Shown: positions 13,793 through 38,670 of the stretch, one piece after another
How positions within the stretch are numbered: position 1 is the stretch's first letter
Layout: every line of letters begins with the position of its first letter
Origin: Paraspadella gotoi
Taxonomy: Eukaryota > Animalia > Chaetognatha
Assembly: GCA_051294375.1 (NCBI GenBank)
Contig: CM119269.1
Coordinates: forward strand, 3,912,302-3,976,301
Length of the DNA stretch: 64,000 nt
Direction of reading: 5' to 3'
The notes under the pieces: model-generated
What the model was told of the DNA's origin: nothing
What the model saw: only the letters and a program-made list of their open reading frames with translations
The model's database searches: none
Made by a program: the position numbers and the translations under genes

Positions 13793-15111
13793 GTCATATT
13801 CTCCCCCTATCCCTGACCCGACCCACATCGCGGCTTTGAGGCCTCCTCCTTTGAAGCGTCCTTAACGATGCTTTGACATTAATTCTCATCGAGTAAAAAA
13901 TCCTTTAAACTTTATTCATCCCCTTTTCTCTCGCTTCTATCTCTGTCTCTCTTTCCTTACTCTCTCCCTCTCTCTCTCTCTGCTATCTCTCTCGTCTCTC
14001 TCTCTCGTCCTCTCTCTCTGCTGCTTCCCTCTCCCCTTTCGAGGACACAAAAATCCTGTTAAGCCCCCTAGGATCGGCGACGGACACGACGGGGACGGGA
14101 CGACGGACGACCGACGAGACGAGGACGACGACGACGACGCGACACCGCCGAATCTGAATTTGAAATAATCACACATACTTGACAACCGCCGAGATGGGCA
14201 TAAAGGAAAACATTTTTATATTTTCGGGATATAGAAGTATAGTAATTGTTTTTCAGTCGCTCTAAACTCCAGTTCTATCTCTCTCTGGGGGGTGTGNNNN
14301 NNNNNNNNNNNNNNNNNNNNNGCGAGGAGGAATCTCTTTAAAATTTATGGGGTTGATGTGAACTAAAAAATTGTCATTATCAGTTTTATTTTGTTTTTGA
14401 AAAAAAAATAGTGAAGAGAATATTAACATTTCTTTCGCCATTAATCGCCTGATTCACGATTAAAGAATTCCTGGCCTTTAATTTCAAGTTTAATTTAAAG
14501 TTTAAAAACCAAAATATTATTCATCGTGTCATTTCTCTCTTTTCGTTGCCTTTTTTTAATTTGGAAAGAAAAACTCTGAAGAAGACTCGCAAAACAAGAG
14601 TCGAAACATGTACGTTTTATTTTGCAATAAAAAAAATACAAACATTCTTTGCCGAAGAAATAAAGAAACTTTTCGTTTTTTCTTTCCAAAAATATTAATA
14701 TATTTATCAACCTGGTTTCGTATTTTATAATGCTAATCATTTATATAATTATAATGCTATTTCTTAGAATGATAAACGAAGTCACAGTAAACCCCTTTTC
14801 TAAGCCTTTTCTAAAGCTTTCTTTNNNNNNNNNNNNNNNNNNNNNNNNNNNNNNNNNNNNNNNNNNNNNNNNNNNNNNNNNNNNNNNNNNNNNNNNNNNN
14901 NNNNNNNNNNNNNNNNNNNNNNNNNNNNNNNNNNNNNNNNNNNNNNNNNNNNNNNNNNNNNNNNNNNNNNNNNNNNNNNNNNNNNNNNNNNNNNNNNNNN
15001 NNNNNNNNNNNNNNNNNNNNNNNNNNNNNNNNNNNNNNNNNNNNNNNNNNNNNNNNNNNNNNNNNNNNNNNNNNNNNNNNNNNNNNNNNNNNNNNNNNNN
15101 NNNNNNNNNNN

Positions 15112-15144
<33 letters not shown>

Positions 15145-15265
15145 ATTTTAATTGGCGGGCTTAAAACGTCACACTCGTGGCCGCGCTGACAAGTTAAAGC
15201 ACGGAGAGTTTAAGTCTTCCACGTCGTTCCCGTATTTAAAGGGATATTCGTAATCGGCGACTGAA

Positions 15266-15308
<43 letters not shown>

Positions 15309-15700
15309 AAGGAGGATGGAGGCGAGAACGATGAGCACGAAGGAGACTATATAAATATTAATATTAATCTAAAAATTAATATCACCGAGAGCAAAATAAG
15401 AGGGAAAGAAAGATAGAGAAAAGAAAAAGAGAGGATGATGTCTAAGAAATTGATTTCGAAAACAAATATTTACGAAAATTCTTCTTCTTCTTCTTATTTT
15501 TCTTCTTCTTCTTCTTTGCCATTGCCATAATAATCAATAAATTTGAAAATGTCTAAAACTTATTAAAATTAAGAAATAGTTCATTAGCTCCACACTTTGT
15601 CGCCCATCTTCTCACAAAGGGCAATAACAACAACGACAACGACGACGACGACCATCGGCGTAGAAATAACTAGAAAGAACTTCACCGGCTGGCCGATGGC

Positions 15701-15737
<37 letters not shown>

Positions 15738-16352
15738 NNNNNNNNNNNNNNNNNNNNNNNNNNNNNNNNNNNNNNNNNNNNNNNNNNNNNNNNNNNNNNN
15801 NNNNNNNNNNNNNNNNNNNNNNNNNNNNNNNNNNNNNNNNNNNNNNNNNNNNNNNNNNNNNNNNNNNNNNNNNNNNNNNNNNNNNNNNNNNNNNNNNNNN
15901 NNNNNNNNNNNNNNNNNNNNNNNNNNNNNNNNNNNNNNNNNNNNNNNNNNNNNNNNNNNNNNNNNNNNNNNNNNNNNNNNNNNNNNNNNNNNNNNNNNNN
16001 NNNNNNNNNNNNNNNNNNNNNNNNNNNNNNNNNNNNNNNNNNNNNNNNNNNNNNCCGCCTGCGTTTCTAATCGAATCATCGTAACTTAATTGTTGCGATT
16101 TTCGCTTTTTATTATCTCGAGCCCACCTGGGCAACTGGGCAGAGGAGGGAAAAAAAGGCGGCCATTTGGCGAAAGAGGATGTGGGGGGGGAGTTGAGTTT
16201 TTAACATTTAAAGCCCTCCAGTTGGTTTTTTTAATTGTGAAGGAGGAAAGTTTCTATATTGAGAGAGTCTTAGGGGGAAAGCGTTTTGTAATTTCTGGGG
16301 TTTTTTTGAACAATAATTCGACGAAAAACTCGATCAAGCGAAGAGAAGTTTT

Positions 16353-16395
<43 letters not shown>

Positions 16396-17170
16396 CCCGG
16401 TTCCACGAGTTTCTTCATCCAAAATGCCATCCTCCCCTTAATCCGAAGCGACAGACTCGATTCCAGGAGATCGAGTCGTGGTCCCCCGCAGGAGTTCGCT
16501 TTCTCTCCAGGATTCATTATGTCAAACTTTGTCTTGATTTTTTTTCTTTGTCGTGTCAATCAATGACAATTTGACATCGTCGGCTTTCCTCTCGTCATTT
16601 GGGCTTTTCAGTCGACGCTCTTAAGATGCACAACCATTGTGTATATTGGGCCAGCGGTTGATTGTAAAACGTACAATGCTCATTTTGCAATCTGATAAAG
16701 CCAAAATAAAAAACAGCGTAATTACCCTTCATATTTCTAAGCCCAAGAACTCTTTATTATTAAGGTACTGGACATATATTTTTTTATTTACCTTCTAAAT
16801 TAATTCTTATAAGAAATAAATAAAAATTCATTTCTCATGGCTTCACTACTATTTAAAAACACATTGCAAACAATTTGAAAAAAACACCTGGCCATCCCAA
16901 AAATCGCGCAGTGTATAAAAAAAAACTATTAGACTTTATTGACGAGGCAGTTAAAGAGTCGGAAAGCTTTTAAAAAAAATGAACATCGCCTCGGGAGAAA
17001 AAAAATCGTAAAAAAAAACCCGGCGAAACGATTAAGGTTAATCGACCGATTGGTAAATTAACTAAACCTATAAAGCCTTCAGTCGAATATATATCGCTGA
17101 TCGTCGACTTTCGCTTTGCCTTCGGGCATCGATCTTTGACCAAATTTTCATTTCTCAGGTGAAATCGAGC

Positions 17171-17312
17171 GGGATTCGCCTTTGCTGAAGACGGAATTCG
17201 CCTTTGCTGAAGACGGAATTCGCCTTTGCTGAAGACGGAATTCGCCTTTGCTGAAGACGGAATTCGCCTTTGCTGAAGACGGAATTCGCCTTTGCTGAAG
17301 ACGGAATTCGCC
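17171..17312. repeat. 22-bp near-perfect minisatellite (~6.5 copies) upstream of the PRDM14 ATG
   Basis: ggaattcgcctttgctgaagac repeated without spacers. Confidence 0.95.
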
Positions 17313-17537
17313 GTGGCTTAAAGACAATTTCGTCGTCTCCGCTTCGTCCGCCCCTCCGCGTCGCGACTATATCAAACTGCGAATAAAAAAAGGACAAAAA
17401 GGAAACTTCACAATCAACAGAAATTTCCTAAATTTAGCTGAAAAAAAACTTTCTCAACTTCTCAACAGATATGAAAAGTTAAAAAAAAAAATAAATAAAT
17501 AAAACAAAATTAGGAAATTTCTTCAAAAAACGAAACC

Positions 17538-29345
<11,808 letters not shown>

Positions 29346-29366
29346 CGCTTTTCCACATTCGACTTA

Positions 29367-29595
29367 TTCGCCGTCGACAACGTTTGCCGTTGACTTCGTT
29401 CGCTGTCAATAACGTTCGCCGTTGACTTCGTTCGCCGTCGACAACGTTTGCTATTGACTTCATTCGCTGTCGACAACGTTCGCCGTTGACTTCAATCGCC
29501 GTTGACGTTTGCCGTTGACTTCGCTCGCCGTCGACAACGTTCGCCGTTGACTTCGTTCGCCGTCGACAACGTTCGCCGTTGACTTCGTTCGCCTT
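29367..29595. repeat. ~32-bp minisatellite in the PRDM14 3' UTR
   Basis: ttcgccgtcgacaacgttcgccgttgacttcg repeated about 7 times with variants. Confidence 0.85.
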
Positions 29596-29997
29596 TCGCC
29601 ATTCGCCGTCAAAGTCATTGATGAATGACGCGAACTTCGATCGCCAATTCCCAGACTCGTCGTTTAAAATAATTGAATCAAAGTCATTTAAAGTTGACGT
29701 CCCCCCCTCAAAGAGGTCATCTGTGCCATCGAGAATATTCGTAATCATCATTACCTTCATCGACATTCATTTTTATTTTTTAAAATTTCGTAAACCCGAC
29801 TTTATTATACATATTAACTTACACATCCATGTAATTCTCATCAAATGGCATACAGTATATAGTCGTTTTCATTGCTGAGTGATATAAATCTGTTTCTGAT
29901 TTCTTTTTTCTTTTTTAATTTTTAATCTCTTCTCTCTCTTCATTCCATTCGTTTCTTATTTGAATTCTCTCTCTCTCTCTCTCTCTCCTCTCTCTCG

Positions 29998-30043
<46 letters not shown>

Positions 30044-32439
30044 CTCTCTCTCCGTAATCGTGTTCGATACCTCATTTCACTTATCTGTTTTTTTTTGTTT
30101 TTTTTTTTGCCCAAGACAATCCAATTACATTTTTTTCCATATTGTGCCATTAATGATGATATTTCGAGTCTGTTTTTGACGTTTTTCTATGTCGGCATGG
30201 CATCGACCGTGTCGAACTATATGGCGCTTCAAGTCATTTTCGTTCAAATTTTCGCGGGATTAAATCTCGACAAACTGACATCAAATGGCAAACTTTATCA
30301 GTCCACTTAAGGTTTCTTCCCACACAATTTGACAAACCCGCTAACGAGCCTGTAAACAAAGGGCCAAAGTTTTCAACCTACAAACAAAGTGCCATGAAAA
30401 ATTTAGACAAATATAGTTTACCATGTAATATTTTGTTGAACGTGGGAAAGCTCATTGTTAATCGTAACCTGTATATTTTATAAATGGGCAAAATCGTGAG
30501 TTTTTTGATTAAATTATTTTTTTTTTCATGTGATTTATTTTCTGACTTATTATTCTTTGTTTGCCCGTCGCTCTCTATTGATCTCATTTATTTTTGTCTT
30601 CGTATTTATCAGCTGTGAATAGTATTGACGGTTTTCCCGCCCCCGTGGAGAGGAATGTGTATCAGTGGCTACGAATAAAGGAAATGAACTGTGAAGAAAA
30701 TATGTTCATCCGTTGAGAATTTACTAGTGAATTTTTTTGTGAAAATTTAGCCAAATAACTTTCGCGTTTATTATGAAATAATAAGTTGTGAAGTGAAAAT
30801 TTCAATGAACATTTTCTAATTCATAAACTGTTTTTGAATTTTTTAAACCCATTAATTGTAAAGTACCAAGTAGAACTTGTAATTTTTTGGACACGACGAG
30901 GTTACATTTTTTATTTCAGTTTTCTCGGCAGAAAATCTAAAAAAAAAAATATTTTGAAGGAATTTTTTTCCCTTCTCCTTTTAATAGAATACCTTTGTGA
31001 TAGTTCATACATATATCAGCATTCCAAATAAAGGACTTTAATTTTGTTTATCTCTCTTTGTATCGATTTTTAACGAAAAATAAAACATAAAAATTTCCCA
31101 ATTTCCTTATTAATTTTTTCTTATAATGCAAATTTTTGGAATGTAGATTGAAAGAGGAAGACGACGATACCAAATATTAAGCTTTAAATTTAAGGCGTCA
31201 TAAAACTACAAAATTATAGCAAATAAACTCCTAAAACGTGACAACACTGTATAGCTCGAACTATACGGCACTAAATATTGCTAGTAATGGATATTAGATA
31301 TCATTCATTAATTTGTGGGTCTGAAAAAAATTTAATGCAAATATATAAGGTCCTTGTTCTAATCGCGTTACATCCTCGTTCGATCCCCGTCCAGGCAACG
31401 ACGATAACAACAACAACGACGATAGATAAGGGAATATGGTCCGATGTTTTGAAGAATTCACGCGATCGGTCGATCGAGGCGAAGAGATCAAAAGTCCACG
31501 TCTCGTTTCTTCCAGATTTAGATTCGGGAGAATCAAAGAAAGGATCATAAATGGAATGAGATCGAAGAAAAAAAATATTGTTAATTATGACGAAAATGTT
31601 ATAAAATATACTATATTATATAATTATTTTTAAAAATATTTCGTCCTATCATTAAAAATAGTGAAAAAAGAAAGAATTTTTTTTTTCCCTCACAAACATA
31701 AATTTTATTTTGAAATTCAGACAAAGTGAGTCGTCGGAAACCTCGTTCGCGATATTAATCAAAATCGAATTAAGAAAACGTAATATTCAAGATCAGTTCT
31801 ACTTCCGAGATCCGAAGCTCAACTTAATCTCCGGTCTGAACTCAAGAGTCTTTATGATTTTTACCGTAGTATCGACTTTCTACATCATTTCTACATCTAG
31901 TATCGACTTTCCACATCATTCGAAAACATTTCGTTTCCCCCCCGCAACTTTGCCTTAGCCTTAACCCTTGCTTCTTCCAACGTGGAGTCAACCCGGTCAT
32001 CACTCAGTCCGTGATTCGTTCGAACGCGTCGTGAGCCGCCAACGTGGCGATTCGTCAGCCTTGATCGTCACCGCCGCGTGTCTTCGATCCGAAGAACTCG
32101 CACCCAAACAAAAGATCATCGGTTTTGAGAATCGCGAACTCGTCAAGAAAAAAAAAGTCTTTCGGTTTTTGTTAATTTTAGTATTGAGGGAAATTTCTAA
32201 ATATAAGTTCCGCGCAGCGAGTCAGCGACTCTATGCGCATTATTTCATTCCATAAAGAATTGGCAACTGGAATTGCAGCAGTTTGAGCCAAACGAATGTT
32301 TTATGCCCTTGTTTAAATTTTTGATAGCAGCGTCGAAATTTTAATTTATACACATGTAAACCGAATTAAAAAAAGACAAACGAAAAAAAAAAAAAATTGC
32401 CAAAAGAACAATAATACCTGAATACTAAAAAGAAGAGTC

Positions 32440-32606
32440 ATGGCAATGAATTCGCCATCGTCTTCGTCGTCGTCGTCGTCGTCGTCGTCGTCATCGACGC
32501 CGACGCGACGAAAGCTCCAAATGGTTTCTGTGATGTTGGCCGTGGGTGGGTTCTTTCTCTTCGGCCCCATTTGCCTTACCTTTGCTTTCTACCTACTGGC
32601 CACTAG
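32440..32606 (+). CDS. DGAT2-family exon 1
   Basis: MAMNSP, poly-Ser, then RRKLQMVSVMLAVGGFFLFGPICLTFAFYLLAT; AG|gtaag donor. Confidence 0.85.
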
Positions 32607-33591
32607 GTAAGGGCGGTTATTTTTTATTCCATTTTAAGTATAGACTTAACTTTTTAGATTAAGTTACTACTATGTAGGTATATTATATAAGGTATATAAG
32701 GTAACCACTCTCAGTTTCTGTTTTTGTTTGAATATTACAAGAATGTCTTTTATTTTTTTATTTTCATTTTTTAAAGATTTTGGTGGATATCGGTCGTCTA
32801 CTTTCTTTGGTACATTCTTGATCAATTTAAGGTAAGCTTTAACGTAACAGAGACATTAACCATAAAAATGATCCCAAAACTGCTTTGCGTCCCCAGGTAG
32901 AAAAGGGCGGACGGAGACACATGCTCTTCCTCGGCCGCTGGATACGAAATTGGAAAGTGTGGGAATATCTCAGGGACTATTTTCCAATAACTCTAGGTAT
33001 CATAGTGGCAAAGACAGGGTAATATGACGACATTTACTATTTATAACTAAAACTAATAAAAACAAGTTATTTCCGCTGGCGTCCTAAGATTATTATTGAT
33101 ATTATTATATTATTATAAGTAAGAATTATTCAGTCTTTTCAAATGTATCGTTTAGAGAAAACTTGCGAATTGGATGCGTCGCAGAACTACATAATAGGGT
33201 ATCACCCGCACGGCATTCTCAGCATCGGGGCATTCGCCGCCTTCGCTACCGACGCCCTTCGATTCGCCGACCTCTTCCCCGGAATCTCAACCTTTTTTCT
33301 CACTTTGAGATGCTGGTCAGGAAAGGGGGGGGGAAAGAAATATATAAAAATAATGATAATAATAATAATAATTAGATTTCTTTCGCTGATGCGCGATAAT
33401 CCTAATAGAAAATTTATGATTGACATTCATTTTCAACTAAGTTATTACCTTAATTGGAATAACTACAATTGTTCATTTAACTTCTCTCTCAGGTTTTTCG
33501 TTCCGTTTTTGCGAGAAATATTCCTGTTGGTTGGAATGTCTTCGGCAAGTTTCACCAACTTTCATATCATACTTTGCGTAAGGGAGAGGGA

Positions 33592-33664
<73 letters not shown>

Positions 33665-34864
33665 GAAAAAGTTTTTTCATTTCACTCTGACCAGGTCCTG
33701 GCACCAAACCCGGTCGTTGCGTGATTCTGGCCATTGGCGCCGCCGACGAGATCGCTCACTCCTCCCCGGGTCTTCACACCGTCGTCCTCAACTCACGATT
33801 CGGTTTCGTGAAAAAGGCAATACTTCACGGGTAAGTGTGGAAGGGGAATCTTGGAAGTACAATCTTGTGAACCCGTGATATATGTGGGAAAGCAATTTTC
33901 TTTCCTTCTCTGCGGAATCCGGAAATCCTGCATCTGCTCCGGACTACTCCCGCTTCAATACTTGCATATTGAGCCACATCTTAGATTGTGTCGTAGAGCC
34001 TTTTTTCTGAAGCCATTCCAACGATCGCCTCTTCATCAACCTCCATTCCCCCATCAATTCTTCCTTCAAGCACCACCCTTAAATCCTTCAATCCTCTCCA
34101 CCCCCCCACCTAGCGCCCACCTGGTCCCCGCCTACGGCTTCGGCGAGGGCGACGTCTTCCTCCAGCCTCTGGCGCCGGAAGGGAGTCTCCTCCGCTGGAT
34201 CCAAGATGGCGTCCGCATCGTCGTCGGCGCCGCCTTTCCCAAGGTCAAGGGTCGGACCCTCTTCAACTTCGCCTTCAGTCTGCTGCCGAGGAGAAAGCCC
34301 GTGAGGGTTGTGGGTAAGGACTATGAATCGTGAGGGAGAGGTCCGGAAAGAGGAGGGTCACAGATCCATTTGACTTGAAAGCTAACGGAGAAATTCCACT
34401 GGGGCGAAATGTAAAAAAAAAGGCAATTCTTTGCGAGAGTGGCTTGATTTTCTTTTAAATTTAGTAACCAAAGACAGCCTATCTTATTCTGAAATTCTGA
34501 TAATGCAAAAAAAAACAAAAAACGACGTTCGTCTGTCCGTGTGTCCGTGTGTCCGTCCCCCTTAGCTTCTAACGCCAATCAGGCGATTGACCTGAAATTT
34601 TGTGTGTAAGGAAATGTAAGATTAACCCTCCCAAAAACACAACAAACCCCTGTTATTTGAGGTCCTACTCATTTTGTAAACTTCCATATGATTGTACTTC
34701 ACCCCGCAGTCGGCTCCCCGATCCCCGTCAGTCAAAACTCAGACGCGTCGGCGGAAGAGATCCTCGACCTTCACCGACGCTACTGCGAGGCGTTGACGAA
34801 CCTCTTCGAGGCCAACAAGTCGCGCTTCGGAGTCTCCAAGGACACGCATCTCGAGATCGTTTGA
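32440..34864 (+). CDS. DGAT2/MOGAT-family (DAGAT) acyl-CoA acyltransferase (whole gene, 8 exons)
   Basis: Exons 32440-32606, 32777-32831, 32897-32996, 33156-33315, 33493-33577, 33695-33830, 34114-34313, 34710-34864. Has an N-terminal hydrophobic segment, RDYFP, GYHPHG, RFGFVK, LVPAYGFGE, VVGSPI and LHRRYCEALTNLFE. One-base phase conflict at the exon 5/6 junction. The paralogue (DGAT2, MOGAT or AWAT) cannot be assigned by eye. Confidence 0.93.
32777..32831 (+). CDS. DGAT2-family exon 2
   Basis: FWWISVVYFLWYILDQFK with AG/GT flanks. Confidence 0.88.
32897..32996 (+). CDS. DGAT2-family exon 3
   Basis: VEKGGRR..WIRNWKVWEYLRDYFPITL (YFP motif). Confidence 0.92.
33156..33315 (+). CDS. DGAT2-family exon 4
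   Basis: KTCELDASQNYIIGYHPHGILSIGAF..LFPGI (HPHG motif). Confidence 0.95.
33493..33577 (+). CDS. DGAT2-family exon 5
   Basis: FFVPFLREIFLLVGMSSASFTNFHIILC, gtaagg donor. Confidence 0.88.
33695..33830 (+). CDS. DGAT2-family exon 6
   Basis: PGTKPGRCVILAIGAADEIAHSSPGLHTVVLNSRFGFVKKAILHG, gtaagt donor. Confidence 0.92.
34114..34313 (+). CDS. DGAT2-family exon 7
   Basis: AHLVPAYGFGEGDVF..GSLLRWIQ..LLPRRKPVRVV. Confidence 0.92.
34710..34864 (+). CDS. DGAT2-family terminal exon
   Basis: VGSPIPVSQNSDASAEEILDLHRRYCEALTNLFEANKSRFGVSKDTHLEIV-stop. Confidence 0.92.
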
Positions 34865-35232
34865 AGAGTCCGAAGCGGATGGTCGAGTATCGCCATAGTG
34901 GCTCGTCGAGCGTCGCAAATCAACAGCGACTTCGCAACTCAATATCTTTCGCGCGTCCCTCCTCCTTACCAAAGATTTGGGATAGACCAAGATCATTTGA
35001 AGGTGCTTGCCGAACGTTAAATCATTTACTGCTTATTGTGTATTTTTTTAAATTTTTGTTTCTTTGCAAAATATATATTACACGTTGAAATATAGACACT
35101 ATTAATTCCTCATTCAGATTGTTAAATGAGATAATTAACTACGACAAAGCATAATCATTTTGGGTTATTTTTAATTTTTCGTCATTTTTCAATTCACAAA
35201 ATTTTAAAAATTAAACTCGATCTCAATGAAAA

Positions 35233-35269
<37 letters not shown>

Positions 35270-35653
35270 TGACTTTTACTACGACACAAAAGAATAAAAT
35301 CGCTAACGAATTTCGGGGTCATTGACATCGGACACGGATAAAACGACTTGTAAAATCTTGTTAAAAGGGAAAATGTTGGAAAATAATAATTAACCGATAT
35401 ATGCATGACCGACGACGCTGGCTGGGTTTTGCCTACGACATCGGTGAATTTCCTGAAGCTTCAGAGCCCATTGGTCTCTGGACAATCACACATCCCTTCA
35501 CATTTGTGAAGCACATCTCGTCTGGAAACCACGCGTTCACCGAGAGCGATCGAAAGTCACAAAACCGGTCGGGTCCGGATATCACGGGAGACGACGATGA
35601 CGACGACGACGACGACAACGACGACATCTACGATTATAAAGAGTCTAGGATAC

Positions 35654-35689
<36 letters not shown>

Positions 35690-36812
35690 TTATGAAAGCG
35701 ACATGATGGTTTTTACCTTTGATTGAGTTTCAGCTTTTGGGCGTTAGAAAATTCTGTAGAAAATTTTTGAAAGTTCGCTTAGTTTGAACACGTCTTTAAA
35801 TTATAAATAGATTGCCACGACGTTTTTAGTAAATAATATTCTAACTGAAGATTGGGAAAAATTGACTGACTAAAAACTTTTTTTGTTGTCTCTTCAATTA
35901 ACTTTGAAGATCATCATTTGAAATAAACAAAGACATATAACAATCGGATTCAAAAACTTTTCTCTTCATCTCTTCATATAATTTTTTGAAGTTTTTATTT
36001 ACAATTCTTTTTTTCTTTTTACCGACGCGCTGTCAAAAAAAATGATAATTTCTTATTTTTATCTTCTTGATTTCGCCATCTTAGGCGATCGAATGATTTG
36101 AGCACGAAAATCGAAATTGTTTTCCAAAGGCTTCATGCATGATTATCCGAATCCCTATCAGCTTGAGATTCCCCATTCCACCATCAAATTAGCGACGCCT
36201 TTAAAACAATTACATTATACTTGTTTCCTTTTTATTTTACCTTCGATCACTACCCTCAGACCTGGCCGTATTTTTTTTTTCCTTTTTTCATCATTTCTTC
36301 GAAAAATACGAAACGATCCTAAAATTTACGAGCGCATAAAAAAAATATGCGGCCGGTTATTAGCGGTTATGTTGACTCTGCGAAGGAAGACGTGAGAAAA
36401 TGAGAATCACAAATCATCGAGAAATGGAGAAGTTTGTTTGTGAAAGAGTTGAATTTAGAAATTTACGTATAACAGTTGTGATTGACTTTTGGATGTGACA
36501 CGAGTCTTCCTTGGGAGTCACTGTTAGATGTTTCTTCTTTTTTTTTCATTTTTAGGTTGTTGCCAAGAGAAATAATAAATATAAATACCCCCAGAAGTTT
36601 TTATTTTAAAGTTTTCCTTTTTTAAACAAATTCCCACTTGGAGATCGAAATTAATTGTTATTTTAATGACGTTAAGTCGCTTTCATCCGATTTGTATTCA
36701 TTGCCGACCGCGCTGTATTCATACAGTTTTTTTCGGTTTTTATTTATTTCTGTGAGCTGAACAACGAACAGTGGACGACGTTAATTGACCCTTTATGGTT
36801 CGACAAAGGGCG

Positions 36813-36929
<117 letters not shown>

Positions 36930-37285
36930 GGACATCTTGAGATTTCTGGACCCAAGCCGAGATAAAGTTAAAATAAGAAGCAGGGTTGGACAATGAACAT
37001 TGAACACGCAAAACACATTCTTAAATTAATTAATGAATTTAATTAATTAAATTTATTAATTAATTATAAACACTTAACTAAATTCTTTCTATTCTTTGGG
37101 TTCGTTTTTCTTTGAATTTTGGTTACGCTATACCTCCGTTTTATGATCATATCACCCTGTGTTTCTTATTGAACATTTTGCATCCCATTTCCATTTGAAT
37201 TTCACTTCATGTTTACTTTTTATTTTTCGACTTACATTTCCTTTTTTTTCCATATTTTTCTTTCCCCCTCTCCATACCTCTTTTT

Positions 37286-37626
37286 AGTTGCGCCGCGAGT
37301 ACTCTATAAGTGACTTTTTGGTCGGTTCATCGGTCCGTTGGTATGTCTGTCCGTCGGTCCTTCCCACTTACGTTAAAAAAATATTTCTAATTTGCTTATA
37401 GTTGATTACTCATTTGTTAAAACAGGAAAAAAACTAAAATCTAAGTGGCTGCTAGCGCCTCCTTCAGGAAATCCATAAACTATAAGGAATAAAAGACGGA
37501 ATTCCGATGCAGTGTGTGTCATAAATAAAGAGGCTAAGAAAGTTATTGTAGTCATGTTATGTCATAAAAAATTACATATGAAAATAAAGTCACTGCGGCG
37601 CAACACATTGGATGAATCGATCTTGT
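37286..37626 (+). mobile_element. Helentron-associated non-autonomous element (HINE/DINE-1-like), copy 2
   Basis: Subterminal inverted repeats gttgcgccgc / gcggcgcaac, an internal gtctgtccgtc tract, and T-rich flanks. Confidence 0.7.
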
Positions 37627-38604
37627 TTTTTTCCAGAACGACTTTTATGTCGATGAATGATCGAGGTTTTAGAAGCGACGAATCCTTCTCTTTCTTCCTC
37701 TTCCTCCCTCTACCCTTTCCTCTCTATTCACTCTTTCCTCCTCTTCCTCACTCTACCCCTTCCTCTCTATTCTCTCTTTCTTCCTCTTCCTAATACTCTT
37801 CATTAGGGTGAAGTGAAAGTTTGGAATTGTAATTTAGCAGTTATATCTTAAATTTTTTTTTAATTCTGAGAACAGATTCAGATTTCTCATTAAAAGTTGC
37901 TAAAAGAAAATATAAATCTTTTTCAAAAATTATGTTATTAAGTAGGTTAAAGTTACAAAAAACTATATTTTGAAAATCGGTGTCTTAAATATAGTTTTTT
38001 ACATTTTTGACTAACTTAATGAAAGAATTTTTAAAAAAGAATTATACTTTCCTTTATTAAATTTTTGCAAGGAATCCAACTCCGATCTTAAAATTTTAGC
38101 CTTATATTAAAATTATATATTTATTACTATATATAAATATTGCTCACTGGTGCCCACTAATGTATAAAGTTAAAAAATAAATTTACCAAGTATTTTGAAT
38201 GGTTTTTATGTTCCTGTTTTATATGTTCTAAAATATTTAATTTTTCTAAAATTTTATCATTTTCACATCACTCTACTCTTCACTTCTTCGTCCTAACGAC
38301 CCAAACTGACCGCCATCTCTCTTTTTCTTTTCCTCCTCACGGCCCATTGGCCCGTGGACCATTTTATTCTGCGGCCCCATTAATCATTCCCACCTTTCTC
38401 TCACTCCTCACCGACTCCCCCACCCGTTCCCGCCCCAACTCCAACCACCCACTCCCGTCCCACTCCCCACTCCCCACTCCCACTCCCCACTCCCCACTCC
38501 CCACTCGACCTCTTCCTTTTCACCTGTTCAACTCTGGAGGACTCGGGATCGACGCTCGGACTCTGATTGGACGAGGACGGGATGATCAATGGACGACGAT
38601 CATA

Positions 38605-38670
38605 ATGATTGGAAAATGATTGGAAAATGATTGGAAAATGATTGGAAAATGATTGGAAAATGATTGGAAT
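38605..38670. repeat. 11-bp tandem repeat (ATGATTGGAAA)x6
   Basis: Directly visible tandem array. Confidence 0.9.

Noticed and set aside
446-16566. Numerous six-frame ORFs of 60-370 aa in the first 17 kb
   Set aside because: They run through N-gaps or are translations of microsatellites (ERER, SLSL, SFFL, poly-D/T/S), with no domain signature or consistent exon structure.
17171-17312. 22-bp direct repeats resembling a CRISPR array
   Set aside because: The units are head-to-tail with no spacers, there are no cas genes, and the context is eukaryotic.
17171-17312. CTGAAGA in the repeat unit as a hammerhead core
   Set aside because: There is no downstream GAAA and no stem II/III arrangement.
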